DNA of 31,231 nt from Azolla caroliniana (Eukaryota > Plantae > Polypodiophyta). Shown here one piece after another: positions 1-10,511 of this stretch. The notes beneath the pieces were generated by a model. It saw only the letters and a list, made by a program, of their open reading frames with translations, was not told the DNA's origin and did no database searches. Numbering within the stretch: position 1 is the stretch's first letter; each line of letters opens with the position of its first letter. A program made the translations under genes and the position numbers. The stretch is from the NCBI GenBank assembly GCA_043228905.1, contig JBHGNT010000365.1, positions 1 to 31,231 of the forward strand, in the 5' to 3' direction.

Positions 1-229
1 CCTGTACATAAGGGCGTGAGTCGGGTCAGCCTGTGTGTGTGTGCGTGTGTGTGCGTGAGTCGGTGTCAAGCGCGCGCTCCCTCTCTTTCTCTCTCTCCCT
101 TCGGTTGCTTCCGGTGTGCTTCTGGGATGCCCCGGAAACGGTGAATACGAGTTCCTACGCTCCGTCACTCCCTAGTCCAAGACCCTCGTGGTCCCGCCTT
201 TCTCCACGCATGTGCGTAACAACGCGACA
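1..229 (+). mobile_element. 3' part (R/U5) of the 5' LTR of gypsy-type element A
   Basis: Ends ...AACGCGACA, similar to the CGCGACA/CACGACA termini of LTRs B, C and D. Followed after 4 nt by a tRNA-Trp PBS and a gag-like ORF. Confidence 0.75.
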
Positions 230-233
230 TCTT

Positions 234-251
234 TGGTGAACCCGACGTGAA
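234..251 (+). promoter_or_regulatory. Primer-binding site complementary to the 3' end of cytosolic tRNA-Trp (element A)
   Basis: TGGTGAACCCGACGTGAA is the reverse complement of TTCACGTCGGGTTCA-CCA, the plant tRNA-Trp 3' end. The identical 18-mer lies on the minus strand at 17445-17462. Confidence 0.85.
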
Positions 252-266
252 AGGCGGCAAGGGAGG

Positions 267-1592
267 ATGGAGTCGGAAGATGACAACCTCGCGGTGATGG
301 TGGCCGAAGTGGTGTTGGAGTCGGCACGAGTGGTGATGAGGCGAGAAGCAGCGCAACAAGCGGTTGAGCGAGTGGTTGAAAGAGTCGACCATTTCAATGG
401 GGACAAAGTCCCATCTTACTTGGGAGCCTACAACGCGGATATGGAGGAGCGTGGCGTAGACGAGGCGTTGAGGCTAGAGTTCTTCTGTCTGGTCGTAGTT
501 GTCCGGATGCATGCGGAAGTAAAGGAGCTCCGTGAGGCTCATAGTTCGTGGGAGGCCTTCGAAGAGGAGCTCCTGAAGGCATACGGAGGACGGCGGAAGA
601 GTCGGGGACGACACGACTTCGACCAGTGGGTAGCATCGGCAAAGACCCACCGGGGCGCGACCAAGGCGTTCCGAGAGTTCCAGCGACGGCTTGCTCGGCT
701 CCCGAAGCGGGAACAAAGTTTGGTGGGGGCGGACAAAGTCCTATTGTTCATCAGGTCGATCGACCGAGCGGAACGGGAAGCCATCGGGATTGAGCTCGAA
801 GACGATGATGGAGCGAATGGGCTTACGGAGGACTGGTCGAAGGTCGGAAGGGTGTGCCAACGGCTAGATGATGAGTGAGCCGAGAAGGCTAAGAGGAAGG
901 GGCGCGACGGCGTGCCATCACAGCGGGAAGAGGCCGAACGACAAAGGGAGTTGGCAAGGGTCAGCGTTGAGGCCAGGATTGCAGAGGCGTACGCAACTCT
1001 CGAGGCGATGCTCGAGGAAGAGGAAAGATCGAGGCCTCAAGCTGAGACCGGGGAGACGGTCTTGCCCCACGAGATGGCGGAAGATCGGTACCACGTACCA
1101 CGGGAGAGGGTGCAGAACAAAACGCCCTCTCGACTTGCGGAGAATTGCCGACCGAGGACAGGGTCGAGAGCAGAGAAGAGCCCTCCACGCGGATTCCGGA
1201 GACTCCGGCGGTCATGCCCGTGTGCTGACATGAGACCGGAGAGAAGGAAGGCGCCGACGAGGAGTCCTAGCATGATGCCAACGAAGAGGGATGGGAAATG
1301 GCCTGCGAGGAGGCCGAGGACTGGAGCGGCACGAGAAGATCAGCATTCCGATTCGGATGGAGCAGAATCTGGTCGTGGATCGTTCGATCGGGGCCGGATT
1401 CGGCATGAAAGTGCCGATACGAAACAGGGTGCGGGACGAGCCGCCCTCTTTTACATGGGGAGAAAGACCGACCGGGCAAAGGTCGGGAATTGGAAGGGAA
1501 GTGGTCAAGGGTTCGGAACGAGTCCGGAGAGGTCGGCACCAGAACTGAAACTATGGATATTGGAGAACCAAGCCCAGGCGGGGCTTGGTTGA
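267..1592 (+). pseudogene. gag: Gag-like ORF of element A with one in-frame stop (TGA 876-878)
   Basis: ORFs 267-878 and 912-1592 share a frame. FNGDKVPSYL...DKVLLFIRSID...IGIELEDDDGANGLTEDW is clearly homologous to ORF 16076-17449, and it starts right after the PBS. Confidence 0.7.
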
Positions 1593-1779
1593 TCACAGAC
1601 CAGATGCTTCTCACCGAACGTACTTGGGAGCAGTACCCCGAATGAGCGTCCGCAAATCGTTACAGGACGGAAGCACCACGTCTTATCCGGAGACTCAGGC
1701 AGCCGGTAACGAGCGCCGACGTGAGACCTAGAGAGATGGGAGATGGAGGCGGGTGCGCGAGAAGGAGAGCAAGGACAAG

Positions 1780-2950
1780 TTCGGGAGAAGTACAAGGGAT
1801 GAAGAGCAGAATGAAGGCCGGTTCTACGGAGATCCTTACACCGATCCGGCTGTCGGCCCGAGTGCTAGCATGAGTCCTATAGGAGAGATCGGTGGCGACA
1901 GGAGAATGGGACCCGACAATCCAGAGAATGACGGACGGACCCGAACGAGAACCGGGCGGAACGGACTTCCGGAAAACCATTCCGAGAGGGAGGGAGAGAG
2001 CAGGCCTACGAAGAGGTCGGGAACACAGTATGTCGGTACCACAGGAGAGGGTGTGGAGCGAGCCACCCTCTCGACTTACGAAAGAAGGAAGACCCGGGAT
2101 AAGGGTCAGAGATATGGCAAGCCCGAGGAGGATCCTTCACACCGGTTCTACAGAAACCGACGGTTGGTCTGAGAGCCGGCGCGAGGCCTAAAGTGACGAA
2201 CGGTGGCGGCGAGGGGACGAAGGAAAAGGGCTACGGATGGGCGGTCTACGGAGATCCTCACACCGATCCGGCAGTCGGCCCGAGAGCCGGCATGAGTCCT
2301 ATAGGAAAGGACGGTGGCGGCAGGTGAACGTGACCAACAGAAGAGAATGGTAAAGGCAGAGCGGAGCAGCTGTGACCTTACACACACCGATTCTAGAGAC
2401 TCCGGCAGCCAACGACAAGAGGAGGCGTGAGACCTAGAGTAAGGGACGGTGGCGGCGGCAAGGCGGGCAACCGAAGCCAGAAGGGGAGGTCCCACAAAGA
2501 CACTCACACCGATCCGGCGGTTGGCCCAAGTGCCGGCGTGAGTCCTATAGGGGAGATCGGTGGCAGCAGGAGAACGTGATCGGACAACAGGAGGCGACGA
2601 ACGGCAAGGAGGCATGAGGCCGGCAAGGTGGCTATGGACCATCTCAAACCTTCCGGCGAGGTGAGTGGGTGTAAGGAAGTCCGGTCCTACGGGATCCCCA
2701 CACCTAACCAGAGACTCCGGCAGTTCGGCCAACGTGGCAACATGAGACCGAGAGAAAAGGTTGGTGGCGGCGGGAAACGGGACCCGACTACGCGGAAGAC
2801 ATGAGGAGAGTCCGGGAGGGACTCAAACAAAAGACACCCGGATCTCAGCAAGCGAAGAAACGAAGACCGGTCCTATGGGACCCTCACATTGATCCGGAGA
2901 CCCCAGCAGTTCGGCCAACGTGGCAACGTGAGACCTAGGGAGAAGGACGG
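1780..2950 (+). repeat. Degenerate GC-rich tandem units (~200-240 bp) in the internal region of element A
   Basis: Recurring CACCGATCCGGC..GGCCC..CATGAGTCCTATAGG..GGTGGCGGC and GTGAGACCTAG blocks near 1840, 2260, 2510, 2700 and 2890. Confidence 0.7.
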
Positions 2951-3198
2951 TGTCGCGGAAATACGACGAGGATACGTGAACTTTGAGGCAGGACCCCAGG
3001 GCCTCCGACCGAAAGATATCATATTCGTATGTTTATATTAAACAATTAATACAAAATGATAAAGATTCACAAATTTCATTAATAAAGGGAAAGAAAGATT
3101 ACAATCAATCTCAAGATTGAGATTACAAAAGTTTTATCTTAAGGAGATTGCTAGAATAATAGATTAGAAGAAACTAAGATATGGATTCCATTGAGATT

Positions 3199-3640
3199 TA
3201 GGGTTCTTGGCTTTCATAAGAGATTATGGTTATATGAGTATTATGGCTTCCGTAGGAAAGATTAGCGTTTTTGAGTGTTATGGCTTCCGTAGGGAAGATT
3301 AGCGTTTTTTAGTGTTATGGCTTCCGTAGGAAGATTAGGGTTTATGAGAGATATGGCTTCCCTAAGATAAGGGAGTTGAGAAGGAAAAGAAAATTAAGAT
3401 AATACGGAGAGAGCTTGAGTGTAGGAAAAAAAAAGAAAATTAGGGTTCTTGGCTTTCATAAGAGATTATGGTTATATGAGTATTATGGCTCCCGTAGGGA
3501 AGATTAGCGTTTTTGAGTGTTATGGCTTCCGTAGGGAAGATTAGGGTTTATGAGAGATATGGCTTCCCTAAGATAAGGGAGTTGAGAAGGAAAAGAAAAT
3601 TAAGATAATATGGAGAGAGCTTTCCAAGTATAGGAAAAAA
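3199..3640. repeat. Tandem duplication (~240 and ~200 bp) containing 36-bp subrepeats within LTR B
   Basis: TAGGGTTCTTGGCTTTCATAAGAGATTATGG starts at 3199 and 3441. TTATGGCTTCCGTAGG(G/A)AAGATTAG subunits recur. Confidence 0.9.
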
Positions 3641-3904
3641 ATGAAATATATATGGTGTTCCCCGTTGATCATATGCATGTCTACTTTTTGTTGCATGGCC
3701 TCTACTTTTAGTTGCTTAGCTTTTTCTTTTAGTTGCATCTATTTTTAGTGGCATGGCTTTTTCGTTTAGTTGCATGTGACCGTCCACATGACCTTTACTT
3801 TTTGCATGCACTCCAACTTTAGTTGCTTGCGTCCACATGGCCTTTAATTTAGTTCTCTTCACTTTACTTTAGTTTGTTGCATGATCCAATCTTCCGTCCA
3901 TCCA

Positions 3905-4330
3905 CGTCCAACCTCGTCCGGTAGCCGGTTCCGGTCTCGGTTTTGCGTACCGGCCGATTTCTTGTTTGCATACCGGCCAGTTTCCGGTTCCGGTACCGGT
4001 TTGCTTGCCGAATCCGGTACCGGCTCCGGTTTGCTTTCCGGTTCCAGTTCCGGTTTTGCTAACCGGCCGGTTTCCAGTTCCGGTTTTGCTTACCGGCCGG
4101 TTTCCGATTCCGGCTTGCTTGCCGGATCCGGTTCCGGTTTGCATACCAGTTCCGGTTTTTCTTGTCGACCAATTCCAATTCCAGTTTGCTTGCCGGTTTT
4201 CGATTCCGGTTTTGCTTACCAGCCGGTTTCCGGTTTGCATACCGGTTCCGGTTCCGGTTTTACTTGCCCGCCAGTTCCGGTTTCCAAATTTGTTTACCGG
4301 ACCAGTTTTCGGATTTGTTTACCGGCCAAT
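3905..4330. repeat. CCGGTT-rich degenerate minisatellite within LTR B
   Basis: Many TTCCGGTT/ACCGGT units. These account for the low-complexity ORFs at 3869-4506. Confidence 0.9.
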
Positions 4331-4646
4331 TTCTAGTTTTAGGGAATTTGGCCACCATCATCCCTCAAGACAAAGTGGCCAAAGTGCTCTTAGCACAAAT
4401 GAAAATTGAGGGAGCTCAAGGTGCTTATATAGCCAGGGCCTTAACTTTCCTATCTATGTGGGATAGTTCTAATTTCCCTATCTTCTCAAACTTTATGTTC
4501 ACATAACTTAATATGTATTTCTCCATTATAGTAAAATACGTTTTGAAGCTCTTGAGTATATCCATCTTTCTATAGTAAACTACTCATCTAATCTATAATA
4601 ATTATTTCATTATTTTTTTACATAGTGTGTGAAGATTCACACGACA

Positions 4647-4660
4647 TTTGCCCCCACCAA
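4647..4660 (-). promoter_or_regulatory. Polypurine tract of element B
   Basis: Minus strand TTGGTGGGGGCAAA immediately before the TGTCGTG LTR start and just after the integrase stop. Confidence 0.7.
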
Positions 4661-4713
4661 ACCTGCACATCCACCGGTATGTGCCAATTTTGGTGAGGAT
4701 TCATTTTTGTTTA

Positions 4714-5835
4714 CTATACTTTTTCATCGATGCTTAAGACTGAATCGTCAAAAGCTTCGAATCCAATTTCTATTCTATCTCTTCTCTTGAAGATCTTGAT
4801 TCTTTTACCGGCAATTGGCAAGGCAAGTGGTGTACCATCCAGTTCTACTAAATGATATGTTGCATTATCTTCCACTTTCTTCACCACATATGGCCCAAAC
4901 CATCGTTGTGAGAATTTTCGAGCCGTACTATTATGGTTATCTAGGCTACTGTCATAGACTAGCACCCAATCTCCTTCAACGATTTTCCTCGGCCAAAGTC
5001 GATGTCGTTTATCAAAGTCTTTCTTGTTCTTTAGCCTTGCATTCTTTAGCCGCGCTTTAGCCACCTCTATATCTTCCAAATTCCGCTCTAATTGTTGAAT
5101 CCTCAATGTTAGAAGATCTTCTCTACTTATCTCATCTTGCCATGGCAATGCAAACCATGAAATAATACTTTGTTCTATAGGCATTATTGGCTTTTTTCCG
5201 AATATGAGCTCTGTCGGCATGTATCCCGTCACCGTGCTATGAGTAGTCCTGTCAGCCCATAGTGCAAATGGCAATAGATGCGGCCATTCTCCTATTTTCC
5301 CATGGCAAGCTTTCACTAGAGCCTTCACAATCGGTCCATGTCCACGTTCCACCTTCCCATTTGCTTCCGGATTATACGCCATGGTAAGAGATAATTGGAT
5401 TCCCATCCTCGAGAAGAATTCTCTAGCTTCATTGGCGTCCAACTTGCCTCTATCAGCCACTATCTTGCCGACGCATCCATATCTGCAAATAATATCTTCA
5501 AGAAGGAATCGGCAAACCGATGATGTCTCCTTAGTTCTTAATGCTCGCCCTTCAACTTGATTGGTAAGATCCTCTCTCGCAAGCACAAGATACTTCATCT
5601 GCCATCGTCCCATTGGCATCATCACTATGTCCACCATCCACTTGTAATGCATAGCCAATGGGTAAGTCAGATGAAGTCCATCTCGATGGCGAATATTCGA
5701 AAACATTTGACATTCCTTACATGTTTCCACATAAGCTGCCACATCTTTGTAGATGCCCGACCACCAATATTTCTCCTTAAGCTTCACAAACGTAGCCCAT
5801 ATTCCTCGATGGCCTGCAAAAACACTATCATGACA
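4714..5835 (-). mobile_element. pol: Ty3/gypsy integrase (element B), open frame, no chromodomain
   Basis: CHDSVFAGHRG...YWW...CKEC zinc finger; core WMVDIV / IVADRG / YNPEANGKVERG; GDWVL and FGPY (GPY/F) module; short C-terminal tail. Confidence 0.92.
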
Positions 5836-5850
5836 TCACAAAGAAGAAAT

Positions 5851-6697
5851 TATATGGATTCCACACTACGCTCACATTGCTAAGCCATTATATGGTCTAC
5901 TAAAGAAGAAGCGGATGTTCGAATGGACGAGCGAGCATACAATCGCCATCCGAAGGCTGAAGAAATTATTGATGGAGGCACCTGCATTACGGAAAGCGGA
6001 CTATTCATACGGCAAGCCCATTTTCGTGACTGTGGATACTAGTCCAATCGGAATTGGATGGGTTATCAACCAAGAAGATGAAGATTGCAACCAATATGCA
6101 ATTCGGTTTGGCGCGAAAGTGTTAAGTGACAGGCAAAGAAGGTATGCCCAAGTGAAGAGGGAGCTATGGGGGATCGTCTCGGCAATCAAATCTGATCGTG
6201 ATTACCTTATTGGAGCAAAAGTCATAATTGAGACAGATTGCCTACCAACTTTGGGTATGATATCTGGTTGTAATACACCGGATATTGCCATGTTGCGTTG
6301 GATTGCATATATCAAACCACTCAACCCGGAGATCCGTCATGTAGTTGGGAAGCGTAATGTCGTTGCAAACATGCTATCACGAGCGAGATACGACGAAGAA
6401 GAAGATCGACATTCTGATGAAGATGATGTTGGCTTGGATTTCTTTGCAAGTTCCTATGCTCGGGTGTTGACTACTTTCATAGAAGAGGACTACGAAGGCG
6501 AATTCGTGGAGATCGGGAAATACTTGAGTTCTCTCCAAAAAGATGAATCATGGTCGACGGAAGGCTTCCATCGAATTCGGAAAAAGGCATACAAGTATTT
6601 CCTTAAGGATGGAGCTCTTTGGAGGCATGCAAAAAAGAAGAATGGGACTCCGATGAGAGTTGTCTGCAAGCTAGAAGACCAACAAAAACTAATGTCA
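5851..6697 (+). mobile_element. pol: Gypsy RT C-terminus/connection plus RNase H fragment, opposite in orientation to the adjacent integrase
   Basis: IWIPHYAHIAKPLYGLLKK...FEWT; VTVDTSPIGIG; YAQVKREL; IETDCLP; GKRNVVANMLSR. Confidence 0.9.
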
Positions 6698-7070
6698 CAA
6701 GTATATGCTAAATGGTAAGGTTTGAATGCCCGTAAGGTTGGGGTTGTTGGTTCAAGTTCCCTTTTGCCCATGTAATGGTGTATTACATGGTTTAGAATAT
6801 AAAATACTACTTCAAATAAAACAACGCGTATAATCTCTTGTAAATTGTTAGTATAGGCTAAATGTTAAGGTTAGAGTGTCATAAGGTGGGGATTATTGGC
6901 TCAAATCCTCTCTTGCCCATGTAATATAATAGATATATATTTCTTTGTCTTTACATATAATGTATAATATTATCATAGTATGTTATTAACATTATAAAGG
7001 TTTATTTTATTTTCATCACGTATTTATCTTATTCTAGACTTTTAATGTGAAGCTTTCGTACTTCACGATA
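6695..7070 (-). mobile_element. U3 fragment (first ~375 bp) of LTR family C
   Basis: Near-exact reverse complement of ~22698-23074 (TGTCGTGAAGTACGAAAGCTTCAC...; this copy starts TATCGTG). Confidence 0.92.
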
Positions 7071-8550
7071 GCGTCATCTCGACCGGACACATCATGCACG
7101 TGAGTTAATCCCCAAGGTTCTACAATAGCATGTATTAGCTAACTAGTGACCACTCTTCTTGCCGTTGGCTATTTAGTTACTACTCTTCCCAGTGTTACCT
7201 AATTAGCTATTACGCTTGCACATCTATAACTAATTAGCTAATTAGCTACCACTCTTCTTTTTATTAGCTATTTAGCTAGCACTCTTCCCAGTGTTCGCTA
7301 ATTAGCTACTACTATTGTACATCTATAACTAATTAGCTATTTAGCTACCACTCTTCCTAATGTTAGCTATTTAGCTACTACTCTCCATAGTGTTAGCTAA
7401 TTAGCTACTACTCTTGTACATCAATAACTAATTAGCTAATTAGCTACCACTCTTCTTGCTATTAGCTATTTCACTACCACTATTCCCAATATTCGTTATT
7501 TAGCTACTACTCTTCCTAGTGTTAGCTAATTAGCTACCATTGCCTTAGCTATTTATTGAGCTTCCTTTCTTCCTAGTGTTAGCTAATTAACAACCACTAT
7601 ATCGTTATTTTGCTACTACTCTTTCCATTGTTAGCTAATTAGCTACCACTCCCTTAGCTATTTAGCTTCCTTTCTTCCTAGTGTTAGCTAATTAGCTACC
7701 ACTATATCGCTATTTTGCTACTACTCTTTCCATTGTTAGCTAATTAGCTATCACTCTTGTACAACTATAGCTATTTAGCTACACCTTTCAAGGCGTAGCT
7801 AATTAGCTATAATTTTTCGCAACATTAAGCTAATTAGCTACTACTGTTGGAAAATTTTAGCTATTTAGCTATAGCTTTGAAGGCTTAGCTAATTAGATAA
7901 TTAGCTTTCAAGGCTTAACTAATTAGCTACTACTCTCCCTAGGACTTAACAAATTAGCAACAACTATTACCTATTTACAACTTCTGCTTTGTAGAGCGCC
8001 GAGTAGCAAACTTACCTATCTATTTTGTCCACTTATCAGGGAGAGCTGTATTGCAATCCCCCAAACACATTGCAGCAATGTGACAGGCATGTTCACCTTG
8101 CTTTACATGGCAACAACCATGTTGCTTTCTCTAAGGTAGCCTTTGTTACTTCCAACATCTCACAGGCTTCGTGAACATTTTTTAGCATTAACTGAATCAA
8201 TGTCTCCCCTGTATCATTGACATTGGTTTTGTTGTTGTGTTTGTGTGGTGTCTCCTTGCATTGTTGCTAAGAGTCGGTAAATGCATCATCAACTGCCATG
8301 CTCTAGAACCTTACCATCTTCTGTTGTAGGTTCCCCATCTTGTGGCAACGTTCTATCGATGCCTCACATGCAAGAGCGCTATCCTGTACGATTGAGGGTT
8401 AGTTGTTTGCTTCACTGTTTGGCAATTCTCGTAGGTAAATGCCCTTGCAAATGCAATTGACAACTCGTTGTTGACATGGATCTCTTTGTTAGGAAACAGA
8501 TCCCTCTGGATGGGAAGGAGAACATGAGTCAAAGAGAAGAGTAAGTTGCA
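7071..8550 (-). pseudogene. Upstream part of disrupted host pseudogene X, now inverted relative to its downstream part at 23741+
   Basis: Minus-strand frame ...HACHIAAMCLGDCNTALPDKWTK*IGKFATRRSTKQKL*I / GT-AG intron 7970-7120 / EPWGLTHVHDVSGRDDA joins in frame to TTDEELFGNV... at 23741+ through a shared ACGC. Confidence 0.55.
7130..7960. repeat. Minisatellite (~28-40 bp units) built on the palindrome TAGCTAATTAGCTA
   Basis: More than 20 copies of (T)TAGCTA(A/T)TTAGCTAC(C/T)ACTCTT.... Confidence 0.92.
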
Positions 8551-8551
8551 T

Positions 8552-8974
8552 TGATTGACAACAATAAAAAATAGACCGATTCCCAATTCAGTTGAGGCCG
8601 AAAATTGAATAATAATCGATTCAGCTATTAGCCGAATCGGTCGAAGCCGACTCAGGGCTATATTTGTAAATAGCCTCAATGTGCCCTCAGTAGGCTATAT
8701 TTGTAAATAGCCCATATTATGTATGAGTATAAATACACTTAGGGAAAATCATTATAAGTGTGATTAATCATTAGTGTAACTTGGGTGTAAGAGAGAGACA
8801 AAGATAGTGAGAGTGCCTCCTCTATAACCATCGGTCTGACGAAGAAGAATTGAAGGTTGTTGCCTTGCAGTTTCTTGTTGTATTCCTTTCTCTCATAGTG
8901 ATATAGTTCAAGGTCTGTGGACTCCCGTGGTTTTTTTCCCTTTTTCTGTCATTTCAATCTCTACACCCACGTAC
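8552..8974 (+). mobile_element. Truncated copia-type LTR (G)
   Basis: Two GGCTATATTTGTAAATAGCC motifs, TATAAATA, and CTCCCGTGGTTTTTTTCCC, whose reverse complement occurs in LTRs E and F. Left boundary is approximate. Confidence 0.6.
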
Positions 8975-10511
8975 TGTTGAATATGGGATTAGTCACAACC
9001 AATTATCAAGCACAAACAAGAAAAAAATAGAAAACAGAAAAAATAGAAAATGATGCATTGACATAGAGACACAAGATATTAACGTGGAAACCATGTAATG
9101 GGAAAAAACACGGGAGCCCACAGACTCCAAACAAAATCACTATATGGAGAGGAATACAATAAGATGGTCACAAAGTTACACCTCTCACACACACACACTC
9201 TCTCTTATACTCTAGTTACAGAGGAAACTACTCACCATAACTATTTACAACAACCCAACAACTACTTGTCGTACTATATTTTTCGATCGATTGTTGGTTA
9301 GTCGATTTTTCGACCTAGGTATCGACTGATTCGGCTTATCCATCCAGTCGGTACTTAATCGACTCCATCTGATCCAGTGCATGCTTTCCTTCCCATCCGG
9401 AGGGACCAATTTCCTAACAAACTTCCCCTTCACTTTGGCATAGAGTGCTTCGTCAATCCAATTCGTTTTTTGCACGCAGCTTCTCTGTTGACAACACCTT
9501 TGTCAGCATGTCCGATCCATTTTATACTATGTGGATCTTTATTAGAGAAAAATCCTTCTCTTCTACCCTCTCCTGGAGCCAATGGTATCTCCTTTGGATG
9601 TGCTTCCTCCTCAAGTGGTAGGCAACATGCTTCGCAAGGTGGATGACAGTTTGATTGTCACAGTAGAGTTGTAATTCTTTTTGCCGAATCCCCAACTCTC
9701 CGATGAACTCCTTCATCCAAATTATCTCCTTGCTGGCTTCTACAACAACCATGTACTCTGCTTCTATGGTCGACAATGCCACAACCTTTTGCAACCTCGA
9801 TTGCCACGAGACGGCTCCCCTTGCATACATCATTATGTATTTGGACGTGGACCGGTTGGTATATCCACATAAGCCGAAATGTCTAAATCAATATAACCTT
9901 CCAATATGGGATTTTCTAAACTGAATTGGAGACACACGCTCGAGGTGCCTCTTAGGTATCGAAGTATCTACTTCACTACAACCCAATGCTCTCTGAACTG
10001 ATTGCTCATGAATCGGCTGACGACTCTAAGTGCATATGTGATGTCCGGCCTGGTGCAAACTAGTGCATACATCAGGCTTCCGACTACTGAGGCATATGGG
10101 ATCTTGTTCATCTTGGCCTTCTCCACTTTTGATTTTGGACATTGACTTTTGGATAACTTGTTGTTTGTCGGTAATGTTGAACCAACCGGTTTCGCATTCT
10201 ACATGTTGAATCTCTAGAGCACCTTTGTCACGTATTTTTCTTGTGACAACTAGAGCAACTTCTTTGTCCGATCCCAGACAATGTGCATCCCTAGAATCTA
10301 CTTTGCGGGACCCATATCCTTCGTGGCACAAGATTTGTTCAAAGCCTTTTTCAAGCTTCTAATTTTCTTCAGGTCTTGTCCAACAATTAGCATGTCATCA
10401 ACATACAATAGGAGGATGAGAAAGTCTCCTCCATCATATTTCTTGACAAATACACAGTGATCAGCTTTCATCTTGTTGAAACCGTGATCTACCATGAAGT
10501 ATTCGAATTTC
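8975..10511 (-). mobile_element. pol: Ty1/copia element E, 3' half: decayed RT/RNase H, PPT and 445-bp 3' LTR (8975-9419)
   Basis: LLLYVDDMLI, ALSTIEAEY, LYCDNQ, KHIQRRYHW. PPT GAAGGGGAAGTT at 9420-9431 precedes TGTTAGG; the LTR ends TCAACA. Frameshifts and stops present. Confidence 0.9.

Larger units (their letters stand above)
2951..4646 (-). mobile_element. 3' LTR (~1.7 kb) of gypsy element B, inserted into element A
   Basis: Minus strand starts TGTCGTG at 4646, directly after a G-rich PPT, and ends CGCGACA at 2951 where A's repeat unit is cut. TATATAA on the minus strand near 4425-4431. Confidence 0.75.

Noticed and set aside
3869-4506. Overlapping PV/TG/SG-rich ORFs
   Set aside because: They are translations of the CCGGTT minisatellite inside LTR B, open in several frames for lack of stop codons.
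6701-6922. Functional tRNA genes (also 14873-14939 and 18038-18104)
   Set aside because: A/B boxes are present, but I cannot fold convincing acceptor and anticodon stems. Reported only as tRNA-like modules.
6695-7070. 5' LTR of element B
   Set aside because: No similarity to the PPT-adjacent LTR at 2951-4646 beyond the terminus. It matches family C instead.
7130-7960. CRISPR-like array (palindromic repeat with spacers)
   Set aside because: The spacers are short and similar to each other, no cas genes are present, and the context is eukaryotic. It is a minisatellite.
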